This document shows positions 1-9,655 of a DNA stretch of 64,000 nt, piece after piece. How positions within the stretch are numbered: position 1 is the stretch's first letter; the number at the start of each line of letters is the position of its first letter. Source of the stretch: an uncultured Bacilli bacterium (GTDB taxonomy: Bacteria; Bacillota_I; Bacilli_A; RF39; UBA660); contig CAKOZD010000007.1 in assembly GCA_934131175.1 (NCBI GenBank), positions 62 through 64,061 of the forward strand. Reading direction: 5' to 3'. A program made the translations under genes and the position numbers. The notes under the pieces were generated by a model. The model did no database searches, had not been told where the DNA came from, and saw nothing but the letters and a program-made list of their open reading frames with translations.

Positions 1-18
1 AATTATACGAGGTAAAGT

Positions 19-1014
19 ATGAATAAAAAATATATTGAAAGATTATATAAGGAAGTAGAGGAACAGTTAGATGAAGAATATAAAGTTGTTTTGGAACCAT
101 CTACTAATATAAAAGAAGATTATGTAGAATTAGATTGTATTAATTGGAAATTAGAAGATACAATGATTGACTTGGTTGATAGTTTAAAAAATAATAACAA
201 ATTAACTTTAGAAGAAAAAATATTAGAGGTATATAAATTTATTTGTTTAAATTACATTTATGATGATAATGTTTTATTCTTCTTTAAAAAAAGAAAAGAT
301 GCTGAAGGAAATACATATTATATAGCAGTTGACTGGTATGGAAGAATTATTGATAAAAATTGGGTTGAAAAAAGAAAAACTCACAATAGAAGAATATGCT
401 ATGAATTTTCAAGATTTTTTGCCAAAGCAATAAATATTTTAATAGGTAATAGAGATGATATGGAATCATTTATTATGGGTTTAAAAGATAATACACATTA
501 CGTTACAGTAATAAGTGGTGATGATTATAGCGCAATCCTTGATTTAGATGATTTTAATAAAATTAAAGATTTAACAAGATTAAAAACTGGATTAACATTA
601 GATGGTATAAGAATATTAAGAGATGATAAAAACATATTAAGAAATGCTATTGATAAATTCAATGAATCAAGAAAACAAACATTAATAGAAAAAAGTAATT
701 CTAAAGAAACAATTGAATATTTTAGTAAAGCAATAAATACTATAAAAGAGTATAACTTAGACTCTCAAGGATTTAATGAAATAATGAAAAAAATTATTGA
801 AGATGAAGGAATAGATACTGATAGATTATGGAAATTAGAATCAGAAACACCAGAAAAAAGGTATGTAAGATGTATCGGCTTTGAATATAAAAACAAAAAA
901 TATATTGTTGATAGTGTATTACAAAAAATGTTTAGTGAAATTGATTCAGATTATGATGAGTCTTTATATATAACAAATCCTGAAGAACATTTATATGAAT
1001 ACTACGGAGGATAG
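19..1014 (+). CDS. hypothetical protein with transglutaminase-like (papain-fold) Cys-His-Asp signature; tandem paralog A
   Basis: ATG follows a GAGGT RBS. Motifs NRRICYEF, THYVTV and LDLDDF fit a Cys/His/Asp core. It shares the DWYGR, NRRxC.E and DLTRLK.GLTL.GI blocks with the next ORF. Confidence 0.75.
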   Translation: MNKKYIERLYKEVEEQLDEEYKVVLEPSTNIKEDYVELDCINWKLEDTMIDLVDSLKNNNKLTLEEKILEVYKFICLNYIYDDNVLFFFKKRKDAEGNTYYIAVDWYGRIIDKNWVEKRKTHNRRICYEFSRFFAKAINILIGNRDDMESFIMGLKDNTHYVTVISGDDYSAILDLDDFNKIKDLTRLKTGLTLDGIRILRDDKNILRNAIDKFNESRKQTLIEKSNSKETIEYFSKAINTIKEYNLDSQGFNEIMKKIIEDEGIDTDRLWKLESETPEKRYVRCIGFEYKNKKYIVDSVLQKMFSEIDSDYDESLYITNPEEHLYEYYGG

Positions 1015-1016
1015 TT

Positions 1017-2072
1017 ATGAAGCAAGATATAAAAAAATTAGAAGAATTTAATGAATTAGTAACAATGAACAAAGGAGAAAGAGATATTGTAGTATATAAT
1101 CCTAAGTGGACTGAGAATGAAAGTGATGAGTTCATAACAAAAGATTTAGTAGAATGGAAAATGACTCCAGAAACAGAAGAATATGTAAAAAAATTACTTT
1201 CAAATTTTCATATGTCTGATGAAACAAGAATAATAAGTCTTTATGAAGAATTAAGTAAAAAATATGTTTATGATGATAATTTAATTTCTTATATTCAAAA
1301 AGTAAGAGATGGAGTTTATACTGTACCGGATTGGTATGGTCGACAAATTGACGAAGTGTGGGAAAGCAACAGAAAAAATCATAATAGACGAGTATGTTTT
1401 GAGTTAGCAAGAGAATTTGCAGCAGGACTAAATGAAATCTTTAAAGACAATGATGACTATAATATATGTATATTATGGGATGTAGAGCAAACTCATTATT
1501 ACGTAGGATTAACTTGCAGTGAGTATAGTCTAACCCTTGATATGGATGATTTTTCTGGTATTAAAGATTTAACAAGATTAAAAGCAGGACTAACACTTGA
1601 AGGAATAAAAATAATGCCTGGAACAGATAAAAATGCTGTTTTTAAATCAGAATTACAAAAATATAATGAAAGAAGAGAAAAATCAGGATACAACTTGATA
1701 AAAAAACAAAGATTTATTTCTGAAAATGTTGATGAACCAGAACAAATTGGATTTTTGAGAAAAGCAATGGAATTTATGTCAGAAGATTTGGGCTTAGACT
1801 CACAAGGTGTATTTGAATATATGAAAGAATTAATAGGATGCTCTTTAGGTGGAAAAGCACGAGAAAAAATTTGGAAGAAAATTTCAGGAGATGAAACAGA
1901 TACAAGATACATTAGATGTCTACTTGTTAATAAAGAAGGAAAAACGTATCTAGTTGATGGTGATTCAAGAGAAGTAAGATTATTTGATAGAGAAGAACTT
2001 GAAAAAGAAGATAGAACGTATTTACCATTTGATGAACTTGAAAGAGATAGAAAGCCATATAGTGGAAAATAA
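1017..2072 (+). CDS. hypothetical protein with transglutaminase-like Cys-His-Asp signature; tandem paralog B
   Basis: Starts 2 nt after the previous stop. Motifs NRRVCFEL, THYYVGL and LDMDDF are colinear with paralog A. Confidence 0.75.
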   Translation: MKQDIKKLEEFNELVTMNKGERDIVVYNPKWTENESDEFITKDLVEWKMTPETEEYVKKLLSNFHMSDETRIISLYEELSKKYVYDDNLISYIQKVRDGVYTVPDWYGRQIDEVWESNRKNHNRRVCFELAREFAAGLNEIFKDNDDYNICILWDVEQTHYYVGLTCSEYSLTLDMDDFSGIKDLTRLKAGLTLEGIKIMPGTDKNAVFKSELQKYNERREKSGYNLIKKQRFISENVDEPEQIGFLRKAMEFMSEDLGLDSQGVFEYMKELIGCSLGGKAREKIWKKISGDETDTRYIRCLLVNKEGKTYLVDGDSREVRLFDREELEKEDRTYLPFDELERDRKPYSGK

Positions 2073-2102
2073 ATCTATTGCAAATTAAATAAAAAATATT
2101 AT

Positions 2103-2138
2103 AATACTATTAACAATATTGTTGTTAGTAGTATTTTT
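2103..2138 (+). terminator. rho-independent terminator
   Basis: 14-bp stem AATACTATTAACAA/TTGTTAGTAGTATT with one G-U pair, followed by a T-run. Confidence 0.7.
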
Positions 2139-2171
2139 AATTTTATAAAACAAATAAAAAAAGAGGTTTCT

Positions 2172-3824
2172 ATGAAAAAAATAAAAGAAATTTTAAATGA
2201 AGAAAATAATAAATTAAATATAAAAGATTATATAATACTTGGATTTATAATATTTACTTATACAATAATTTCATTTATAAATTTAGGAAATACAATAAGT
2301 CCAAATACTTTTTTTAAGATAGAATCTACAAATCAAGTAATAATAGAATTAAAGCACACGGATGACATCATAAGAATGAAAATATTTAATGGAGATGAAA
2401 ATGCAAAGTATCAAATATATACTTCTTTAGATGGAAAAGATTACAAATATATCAATGATTATGAAGGAACAGGAGCTTTTTCATGGCAAAGTGAAAAAAT
2501 ATTATCTAAAGGTAAATATATAAAATTATTATTTTTAGATGATTCATCAATTGGAGAAATTGCTTTTTATAACAATAAAAAAGAAAAAATAAAAATAGAT
2601 CAAGTTCTATATAAAAATAAAAAAGTAACATCATTAACAGATGAGCAAAAGACTATTCCAAAAAAAATAAGTTATATGAACTCATCGTACTTTGATGAAA
2701 TATATTTTGCAAGAACAGCTTATGAATATGTAAATGGAATAAACACGTATGAGTGGACACACCCACCTCTCGGAAAACTAATCCAGGCTATACCTATATA
2801 CATAACAAAAAATATGTCTCCGTTTAACTATCGATTAATGGGAAATATTTCAGGAATATTGTTAATTATTGTTATGTATCTATATGGAAAAGAACTGTTT
2901 AAGAAAAGGAAATATGCTATATTTTCAGCACTTCTTATGATGTTTGATACATTTCATTTTGCTCAAACAAGAATGGGAACAGTAGACAGCCATTTAGTAC
3001 TATTTATTTTGTTGGCATCACTCTTTATGGTTAAATATGTAAAAACTGATAAAACAAAAAATTTATTATTATCAGGAATATTTTTTGGACTATCAATTTC
3101 TGTAAAATGGACAGGATTTTATGGAGGCCTTGCACTAGCAATAATTTTCTTTATCAATTTATTTAAAAAGAAAAAAATAAATTTCAAAACAATAATTCAA
3201 GGAACTTCATTTTTCGTAATAATTCCATTAATAATTTATTGTAGTCTATATTTACTATTTCCAAATAATAAGCTAAATTACACAAATAACTTAGAAAACA
3301 TTGTAAAACAACAACAAGACATGTACAATTATCATTCAAAATTAGAAGCAACTCATCCATTTTCATCAAAATGGTATTCTTGGCCAATATCTTATAAACC
3401 AGTTTGGTATCATCAAGAAAAGTATGACAATGCAACTAAAGAAACGATAACAGGTATTGGTAATATTGTTATATGGTGGATAGGAGTAATTGGAATGTTA
3501 TATGTATTAATTAATGCATTTATAAAAAGAAATAAAACATCAATACTATTATTAATAACAATAATGTCTTTATGGTTACCATATGCGTTTATTGGAAGAG
3601 TAATGTTTTTATATCACTTCTTCCCAGTATTACCATTTATGATGCTAAGTATTGTAAAATTATTTAGTGATATAGAAGAAAAATATAAAATTAATTATTT
3701 AATTCCAACATATATGATTTTTGTAATATTATTTTTCATAATATATTATCCAGTAGTATCTGGAACTGAAGTATCAATTGATTATATAAATAATTTGAGA
3801 TTATTTTCTAGTTGGATATTTTAA
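2172..3824 (+). CDS. PMT/GT39-family (GT-C) polyprenyl-phosphate-sugar protein glycosyltransferase with a discoidin-like insert
   Basis: 550 aa with many TM segments. YFDEIYFARTAYEY...THPPLGK is the typical PMT loop-1 motif. The beta-rich segment after TM1 (residues ~40-135) resembles an F5/8 type C domain. Confidence 0.75.
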   Translation: MKKIKEILNEENNKLNIKDYIILGFIIFTYTIISFINLGNTISPNTFFKIESTNQVIIELKHTDDIIRMKIFNGDENAKYQIYTSLDGKDYKYINDYEGTGAFSWQSEKILSKGKYIKLLFLDDSSIGEIAFYNNKKEKIKIDQVLYKNKKVTSLTDEQKTIPKKISYMNSSYFDEIYFARTAYEYVNGINTYEWTHPPLGKLIQAIPIYITKNMSPFNYRLMGNISGILLIIVMYLYGKELFKKRKYAIFSALLMMFDTFHFAQTRMGTVDSHLVLFILLASLFMVKYVKTDKTKNLLLSGIFFGLSISVKWTGFYGGLALAIIFFINLFKKKKINFKTIIQGTSFFVIIPLIIYCSLYLLFPNNKLNYTNNLENIVKQQQDMYNYHSKLEATHPFSSKWYSWPISYKPVWYHQEKYDNATKETITGIGNIVIWWIGVIGMLYVLINAFIKRNKTSILLLITIMSLWLPYAFIGRVMFLYHFFPVLPFMMLSIVKLFSDIEEKYKINYLIPTYMIFVILFFIIYYPVVSGTEVSIDYINNLRLFSSWIF

Positions 3825-3896
3825 AAGGTATTTGTTTAAAATATCTTTTTTTTTATTAATCTGCTATAATTGTATATAGAAAGAGGATGTGAGTTA

Positions 3897-4793
3897 ATGA
3901 AAGCAATATGTGTAGGGCATTCAACATATGATACAACACTACCAATGAATGAGTACCCAACAGAAAATATAAAGTATAGAATAGAAAACCATATAGAGTG
4001 TGGTGGTGGACCAGCATCAAACGGAGCATATTTATTAGCAAAGTGGGGAATTGGTACAACCATTTGTTCTGTAATAGGTGATGATTATTATGGAACTAAG
4101 ATTATTGAAGACTTTGAAAAAATCGGAGCAAATACAAAATATTTAGAAGTAAAAGACAACCATCAAACTTCAAGTAGTTTTATAATTGCTAATATGAGTA
4201 ATGGATCACGTACTATAATTACATCAAAAAAAAATCCAATAAGAAAGCTAAATCAAAGTGTAACAGAAAAAGCAGACTTAATATTAGTAGATGGAGAACA
4301 CCCAGAAACAGCAGATGAAGTATTAGATAACAATAAAGATGCTATAAGTATAATTGATGCAGGAAGACTTAATGAAGATACAAAAAGACTAGGAAAAAAA
4401 GTAAAATACTTAGTATGTTCAAAAGAATTTGCAGAAAAATTTAGTGGTAAAACAATTGATGTAAATAACATTGATTTATTAATTGAAATATATGAAGAAT
4501 TAAAGTCATATTTCAAAAATACAGTAATAATTACATTAGAAGCAGCAGGAAGTTTTACTGAAATAAATGGTAAATATAAAATTATTCCAAGTATTAAAGT
4601 AGTCGCTAAAGACTCAACTGGTGCAGGAGACATTTTCCATGGAGCAATCACTTATTTCTTAGGAATAGGGTATGACCTCGAAAAATCAATAAAATACTCA
4701 TCAATTACAAGTGCAATATCAGTAACTAGGATAGGTTCTAGATATTCAATACCTAATTTGGAAGAAGTGTTAAACTATGATGAGCTTATATAG
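3897..4793 (+). CDS. PfkB-family carbohydrate/ribokinase-like kinase
   Basis: C-terminal DSTGAGDIFHGA motif and N-terminal GGGPASNGA motif. I chose ATG 3897 (AGAGGA RBS) because the track's TTG at 3870 lies inside a TGcTATAAT -10 box. Confidence 0.8.
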   Translation: MKAICVGHSTYDTTLPMNEYPTENIKYRIENHIECGGGPASNGAYLLAKWGIGTTICSVIGDDYYGTKIIEDFEKIGANTKYLEVKDNHQTSSSFIIANMSNGSRTIITSKKNPIRKLNQSVTEKADLILVDGEHPETADEVLDNNKDAISIIDAGRLNEDTKRLGKKVKYLVCSKEFAEKFSGKTIDVNNIDLLIEIYEELKSYFKNTVIITLEAAGSFTEINGKYKIIPSIKVVAKDSTGAGDIFHGAITYFLGIGYDLEKSIKYSSITSAISVTRIGSRYSIPNLEEVLNYDELI

Positions 4794-5043
4794 TAATAGA
4801 CCAGAACTTGACTTACATGGAATTGATAGAGACTATGCAAGAATTCTTATAAATGATTTTATAGCAGATCACTATAAGATGAGAGATGAGGTAGTGGTAA
4901 TAGTTCATGGAAATGGTACTGGAATAATAAGAAAAACAACTCAAGATACATTAAGAAAGAATAAGTTTGTTGAAGAATTTAAAATAGACAATTTTAATGC
5001 CGGTGCAACAGTTGTCAAACTAAAAAAATTCGTTGACAAATAA
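4777..5043 (+). CDS. Smr (small MutS-related) domain protein
   Basis: 88 aa with LDLHG...VVIVHGNGTGIIRK, typical of stand-alone Smr domains. Overlaps the kinase gene by 17 nt. Confidence 0.75.
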   Translation: MMSLYSNRPELDLHGIDRDYARILINDFIADHYKMRDEVVVIVHGNGTGIIRKTTQDTLRKNKFVEEFKIDNFNAGATVVKLKKFVDK

Positions 5044-5061
5044 GGGCTTTTGTGTTATTAT
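5033..5061 (+). promoter_or_regulatory. sigma-A type promoter
   Basis: TTGACA, 17-bp spacer, then TGtTATTAT, located just upstream of the 5091 CDS. Confidence 0.65.
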
Positions 5062-5090
5062 ATGCAATAACGTGACAGGGGGAATCTATA

Positions 5091-6764
5091 ATGTATACGG
5101 AAGAATATGAAAGCAAAGGCTTTCCAATTAGAAGTTTTGCAATAAAACTTATTTTAGTAGTTATATTTGTTTTCTTACTAATATGGCTATTACCAAAGTT
5201 TACATCACCAACAATTGAAACGAGAGAATGTTCAACAACAGGAACATGCGATACATCAGGAATTGAGGCACTTACATCTCAAATTTTTTCTGATAACCTA
5301 GAAAAAATGAAAGATGCAGCTATTTCATATTACACAGATGAAAGATTGCCAAAAGAAGTTGGACAATCTGAGACAATGACTTTAAGTGATATGATTGGTA
5401 AAAAAATAATAGTTGCTTTGATTGATAAAAATAATAAAGCCTGTGATGTAGAAGGTAGTTATGTAAAAATAACTAAGTTAGATGATGAATATCTATTAAA
5501 GGTTAATCTAAAAGATAGTGAAAAAGAAGATTACATATTGGTGCACTTAGGATGCTACACATATTGTGATTCATATGTATGTGAGAAAAAGACTACAGAT
5601 ACATCTTCATCAGTACCAATAAAAGGTGGAAAAGTAAATCCAACAGTTCCAATAAAAGGAAGTATTAAGGATGGAGTATACTACCCACCAGCAAGTAGTA
5701 AGCCATCAAATGATACAACTTGTAAAGGAGATAATTGCAATAAACCATCAGATGATAGTTGCAAAGGTGATAACTGTAACAAACCATCAGATGATGATTG
5801 CAAAGGAGATGATTGCAATAAACCATCAGATGATGATTGTAAAGGAGACAATTGCAATACTCCAAAACCAAGCGATAAACCATGTACAGGAAAAGAATGT
5901 GATGACGATGAGACTCCATCTCCATCACCATCATATCAACCTAAATATATTTATGAGTACAAAAAAACAACATCTGCTAAGTTCTCAGCATGGACAAGTT
6001 GGTCAAGTTGGTCAAAAACAAGTTGTGCTACTCAAGAAGTAAATTGTAGTGATAGCAGTGAAAATTGTTTATATAAACTACAAATGTACAAGAGAAAAGA
6101 ACAAATTGGAACATATCAAAAAACTTATGCAAAACAAAGAGAAGAAGTAAGACAAACAGGTTCTTATACTGAAAAGTCATGTAACAACTTTAACTATGTA
6201 AAAGTAAATCATACTTTATACGCAACAACAACTACAACAACATATACAACAATAAACACAATTACTAATACAACTGCTCACACAGTAGGAAGTTGGAAGT
6301 ACGTAGGACGTGGAAGTTATAGTAATCCACCAAGAGATAGTGCTGGAACAAGCTATAAATTTGTTGGTGCAGATTATAGTTATTGTGCAGAAACATGTAC
6401 AACATTACCTAACTATTACTATGATAAATATACATATACTGGTGGCTTATCAAGCGTATCAAGTTCAACAACACCAGGAACTACTTCATCATCTTCATCA
6501 AGTTCAACATCATCATCAACATCAACAAGTTATGAAGCAAGTTGTGGAGGATATAGTTATAAGACAATACCAATATATGGAACAGTAACAGTAACAGAAA
6601 AAGCAACAAGAACAGAAAAATTATATGGAACAGTATGTTACAAGAGTACAAAAACAAGAAAATTAACAAGTAGTTCTTCAACACAAACTAAGTGGAGTTC
6701 ATACGATGATAAAACACTATTAAATGCAGGTTGGACATATACAGGAAGAAAAAAATTAAAATAG
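5091..6764 (+). CDS. membrane-anchored surface protein with Cys-rich 13-aa repeats, a WxxWxxW motif and Ser/Thr-rich tracts
   Basis: GGGGGA RBS and an N-terminal TM helix. Contains CKGDNCNKPSDD x4, WTSWSSWSKTSC, and poly-T/poly-S runs. Confidence 0.8.
   Translation: MYTEEYESKGFPIRSFAIKLILVVIFVFLLIWLLPKFTSPTIETRECSTTGTCDTSGIEALTSQIFSDNLEKMKDAAISYYTDERLPKEVGQSETMTLSDMIGKKIIVALIDKNNKACDVEGSYVKITKLDDEYLLKVNLKDSEKEDYILVHLGCYTYCDSYVCEKKTTDTSSSVPIKGGKVNPTVPIKGSIKDGVYYPPASSKPSNDTTCKGDNCNKPSDDSCKGDNCNKPSDDDCKGDDCNKPSDDDCKGDNCNTPKPSDKPCTGKECDDDETPSPSPSYQPKYIYEYKKTTSAKFSAWTSWSSWSKTSCATQEVNCSDSSENCLYKLQMYKRKEQIGTYQKTYAKQREEVRQTGSYTEKSCNNFNYVKVNHTLYATTTTTTYTTINTITNTTAHTVGSWKYVGRGSYSNPPRDSAGTSYKFVGADYSYCAETCTTLPNYYYDKYTYTGGLSSVSSSTTPGTTSSSSSSSTSSSTSTSYEASCGGYSYKTIPIYGTVTVTEKATRTEKLYGTVCYKSTKTRKLTSSSSTQTKWSSYDDKTLLNAGWTYTGRKKLK
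5721..5876 (+). repeat. intragenic 39-bp tandem repeat x4 (plus a diverged fifth copy)
   Basis: TGY AAA GGN GAY RAY TGY AAY AAA CCA TCA GAT GAT NNN recurs at 5721, 5760, 5799 and 5838. Confidence 0.9.
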
Positions 6765-6776
6765 GGGGATTTTAAA

Positions 6777-9494
6777 ATGAAAAAGATAGTTAATATAGTA
6801 TTTTATAAATATTTTAATGAAGAAGGAAAACAAAAACAGGCTTGCATATTTTATGATGATGGAACAGTTGCACAAGTATCCTATGAAGAAGGTATAGATG
6901 CTTGTGAAGAAATAGTTGCAGAAAAAAACATTACATCAAAAGATGCATTTAAAGAAATGATTAACAAAGATATGGTTCATGTTATGAGTGGAAAAGAATT
7001 TGAAAGAAGATTTAGTGAATTTTTTGCTAAAAGTTCTGAAGATTCTTTAGAAAATAAGCAAACACCTGTTGTTGAAAATCAAGAAGAAGATAAGAATGAT
7101 AGTAATGAGCCAATCATTGTACCAGACAGACAAGGACAAGAAATGCCAATTGTAACACCTGATAATTACGATACAGATGAATATGAATATGGAGAAACTG
7201 AAACACCACATATTGATGAAAATGATAGTACTCAAACTCAATTAGATGATGAGTTACCAGATGACTTTATAAGTGATGAGGAAGTAGAAAATAATAGAGA
7301 TAACAGAGAAGCAAGAAATGTTCCTCCAATAACACCTACACATCAAGATGAAGCAAGCGAAGAACAGCCAGAAACACAAAGCACTGAGCAACCTGTACCA
7401 ACAAATACAAACGATGATGATTCACACGAAGATAATAATGATGCTGATGCAGATGATAATGATTCTGATAGTGATGCGGATGATAATGACCCAGAAAATG
7501 AAAACGATGCAGAAAATGATAATGACAATGCTACTCCATCATCAAATGATGATTTAGAAGATGAGCTTGGAGAAAACATTGGAGATGATGATGAAGAAGA
7601 AAAAAAAGGATTCTTCAAAAAATTAATTGATAAATTTAAAAAGAACAAAATAGTAAAAAGAATTACTATAGGAGTTATTGCTTTAGCAACAGCAGCAGGA
7701 ATATTCTCTTGTGCAGCTCATAACACTAAAGATGGTCAAATGTTAAATAGTAATATTGCAACAGAGTCAACAACTGATGATGAAAATAAAGTTGATGATT
7801 CTGGAGTATTAGTTCAAGGAGATAATAGTTACTATGATAATTACTCATATGATCAATTACTTCAAGTAACTGATAGCGAACCACAAAAGAATGCAATGGA
7901 AAAATTAGGAAGCGTAGTAACTACATATAATGGTGACTTTGCAAGTGCTCATGTTGAAAGTGGAAAAGATATTAAAACAGCATTAACTTATGATGAAATG
8001 GTAGCATTACAACAAGCATATAACGATTATTCAAAAAAAGACTTACAAGCATACTTTAATGGAGCAGATATACGATCTACAGATTTAACAAGAGCATACA
8101 AATCTGCATCATTACAATTGATGGGAGCATATGTAATTGAAACAAATGAAAGTAAAGTAGATATGTCAAGTCTAATAACTACAGATGAAGGAAAAGAATT
8201 TTATAATAAATATCATACAATGTTCTTAGAAGCTAAGAATGCAACAGAAAAGCAAGATAAGTTAAATAAAATTAAAACTTTCTACGATGAAGTTAAAAAA
8301 GATTTCCCTATAACAGAAGATGTAAGAACAGAAGGTATTTCACATGCTGATAGTTATTCATCAATTACATCATATAAATTATCTGTTGCTCCAATGATTG
8401 CAGCAGGAGAAATGATGTGGCAAAACTTAGACCAAGATTTAACTCTTGATGATACATCTATAGACTTCTTAAATGATATAGGTCTTTGTAATTATGTAGA
8501 AAAAACATTCGAAAGAATTGAAACAATAGCATTAAGTGGAACAGAAGATGAAAAAAATCCATTATATGAGCAATATAAAAATGCAGTTGAAAAAATGTTA
8601 ACAGAAAAAGGAATCGCTGTTATTGATGATGAACATAGAGATTTAACTAAATTACAAGCATTCCAAGATGCAGTTAACTGGCATTTTAAAGAAGATGGAA
8701 GTCTTGAATATTCTGAAGAAACATCTTACTCAACAGATTCTTATCAAACAGTTTCATCTTATTCAGATTCAACAACTACTTATAGTGAAGATGAATCAAG
8801 AGAAAGTGTAAGTGCCGACGAAGTACCTGCTGATGAAAGAGAAAGATTAGAAAACGAAATTAATTCAGAAATAGATAGTGAAAACGAACAAGCAAAATCA
8901 GATGCAGAAGAAAAAGCTGAAGAAAATAGACAAGAAATGCAAGAAGAAGAAGACCAAAACGCTGATAAAATAGAAGAAGAAGTAAAACAAGATGATCAAC
9001 AATTACAAGATGATATAGATAAAGCAAATGACACAATTGATTCAAATAATAGTGATCAAGATACATCAAATGATCAACAAGTAAACGAGGATGATTTCCA
9101 CGGAACAGTAGATTTTGATGATGATCATTCAGATAGTAATGGAAACTTAGATGATTCAGTAGAAAATATTACAACTAGTCCAAGTGATGACCAAACAGGT
9201 CAAGACCTACCAGATCCTAATGAAACTGGTGCTAAGTTTGATGCACAACAAGATAACAGCAACACATCATCTGATAGTAGTTCATCATCAGATAGTAGTT
9301 CATCTTCAACACCAGAAGAGAGTGTTCCATCTACAAGTACAGATGGTGGAGATGTTTCAAACGATGGAGTTTATGAATACGAAGTTCCAGCAGAAGAGGC
9401 ATCACCTTCTAATGCAGACTTAGTAAATGAATATGTTGAGTCTCTTGCAAACCAAGACTCTTCATATGAATCAGACTATGTATATTTCAAATAA
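6777..9494 (+). CDS. large acidic (D/E/N/S-rich) single-pass membrane protein, unknown function
   Basis: GGGGGA RBS, 905 aa. One TM helix (ITIGVIALATAAGIFSCAA) separates the acidic low-complexity regions from a folded central domain. Confidence 0.8.
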   Translation: MKKIVNIVFYKYFNEEGKQKQACIFYDDGTVAQVSYEEGIDACEEIVAEKNITSKDAFKEMINKDMVHVMSGKEFERRFSEFFAKSSEDSLENKQTPVVENQEEDKNDSNEPIIVPDRQGQEMPIVTPDNYDTDEYEYGETETPHIDENDSTQTQLDDELPDDFISDEEVENNRDNREARNVPPITPTHQDEASEEQPETQSTEQPVPTNTNDDDSHEDNNDADADDNDSDSDADDNDPENENDAENDNDNATPSSNDDLEDELGENIGDDDEEEKKGFFKKLIDKFKKNKIVKRITIGVIALATAAGIFSCAAHNTKDGQMLNSNIATESTTDDENKVDDSGVLVQGDNSYYDNYSYDQLLQVTDSEPQKNAMEKLGSVVTTYNGDFASAHVESGKDIKTALTYDEMVALQQAYNDYSKKDLQAYFNGADIRSTDLTRAYKSASLQLMGAYVIETNESKVDMSSLITTDEGKEFYNKYHTMFLEAKNATEKQDKLNKIKTFYDEVKKDFPITEDVRTEGISHADSYSSITSYKLSVAPMIAAGEMMWQNLDQDLTLDDTSIDFLNDIGLCNYVEKTFERIETIALSGTEDEKNPLYEQYKNAVEKMLTEKGIAVIDDEHRDLTKLQAFQDAVNWHFKEDGSLEYSEETSYSTDSYQTVSSYSDSTTTYSEDESRESVSADEVPADERERLENEINSEIDSENEQAKSDAEEKAEENRQEMQEEEDQNADKIEEEVKQDDQQLQDDIDKANDTIDSNNSDQDTSNDQQVNEDDFHGTVDFDDDHSDSNGNLDDSVENITTSPSDDQTGQDLPDPNETGAKFDAQQDNSNTSSDSSSSSDSSSSSTPEESVPSTSTDGGDVSNDGVYEYEVPAEEASPSNADLVNEYVESLANQDSSYESDYVYFK

Positions 9495-9505
9495 AACTAT
9501 AAAAT

Positions 9506-9536
9506 AAATGCTCGATTGAGCATTTTTTTATTTTTT
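9506..9536 (+). terminator. rho-independent terminator
   Basis: AAATGCTC-GATT-GAGCATTT hairpin followed by a T-run. Confidence 0.8.
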
Positions 9537-9576
9537 AAATAAAAATATGAAATTTTGTTGAAATTAAAGAAAATAT

Positions 9577-9605
9577 TTGACAATGAACAACACATGTGGT
9601 ATAAT
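9577..9605 (+). promoter_or_regulatory. sigma-A type promoter
   Basis: TTGACA, 17-bp spacer, then TGgTATAAT (consensus with extended -10). Confidence 0.75.
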
Positions 9606-9655
9606 ATGAATACATTGAAGGTACAGAGGGTCTTCAAAGAGTGGGGGTTGAATAT

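Noticed and set aside
1132-4651. Minus-strand ORFs of 67-137 aa (932-1135, 1132-1410, 1499-1912, 3184-3435, 3836-4063, 4253-4651).
   Set aside because: All are embedded antisense in longer plus-strand genes that have recognisable motifs. Long antisense ORFs of this kind are typical of AT-rich DNA.
5665-6588. Alternative-frame and antisense ORFs (5665-5934 minus, 5671-6042 plus, 6310-6588 plus, 6481-6684 minus) inside the Cys-repeat/Ser-Thr-rich gene.
   Set aside because: These are by-products of low-complexity repetitive coding sequence. They have no RBS, and their composition is biased (H/M/Q/L runs). The main frame has an RBS, a TM anchor and coherent motifs.
7047-9423. Short ORFs in other frames or on the other strand within the acidic 905-aa gene (7047-7241, 7343-7648, 7348-7557, 8860-9069, 9184-9423).
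   Set aside because: The same artefact of GAT/GAA-rich repeats applies. None has translation signals.
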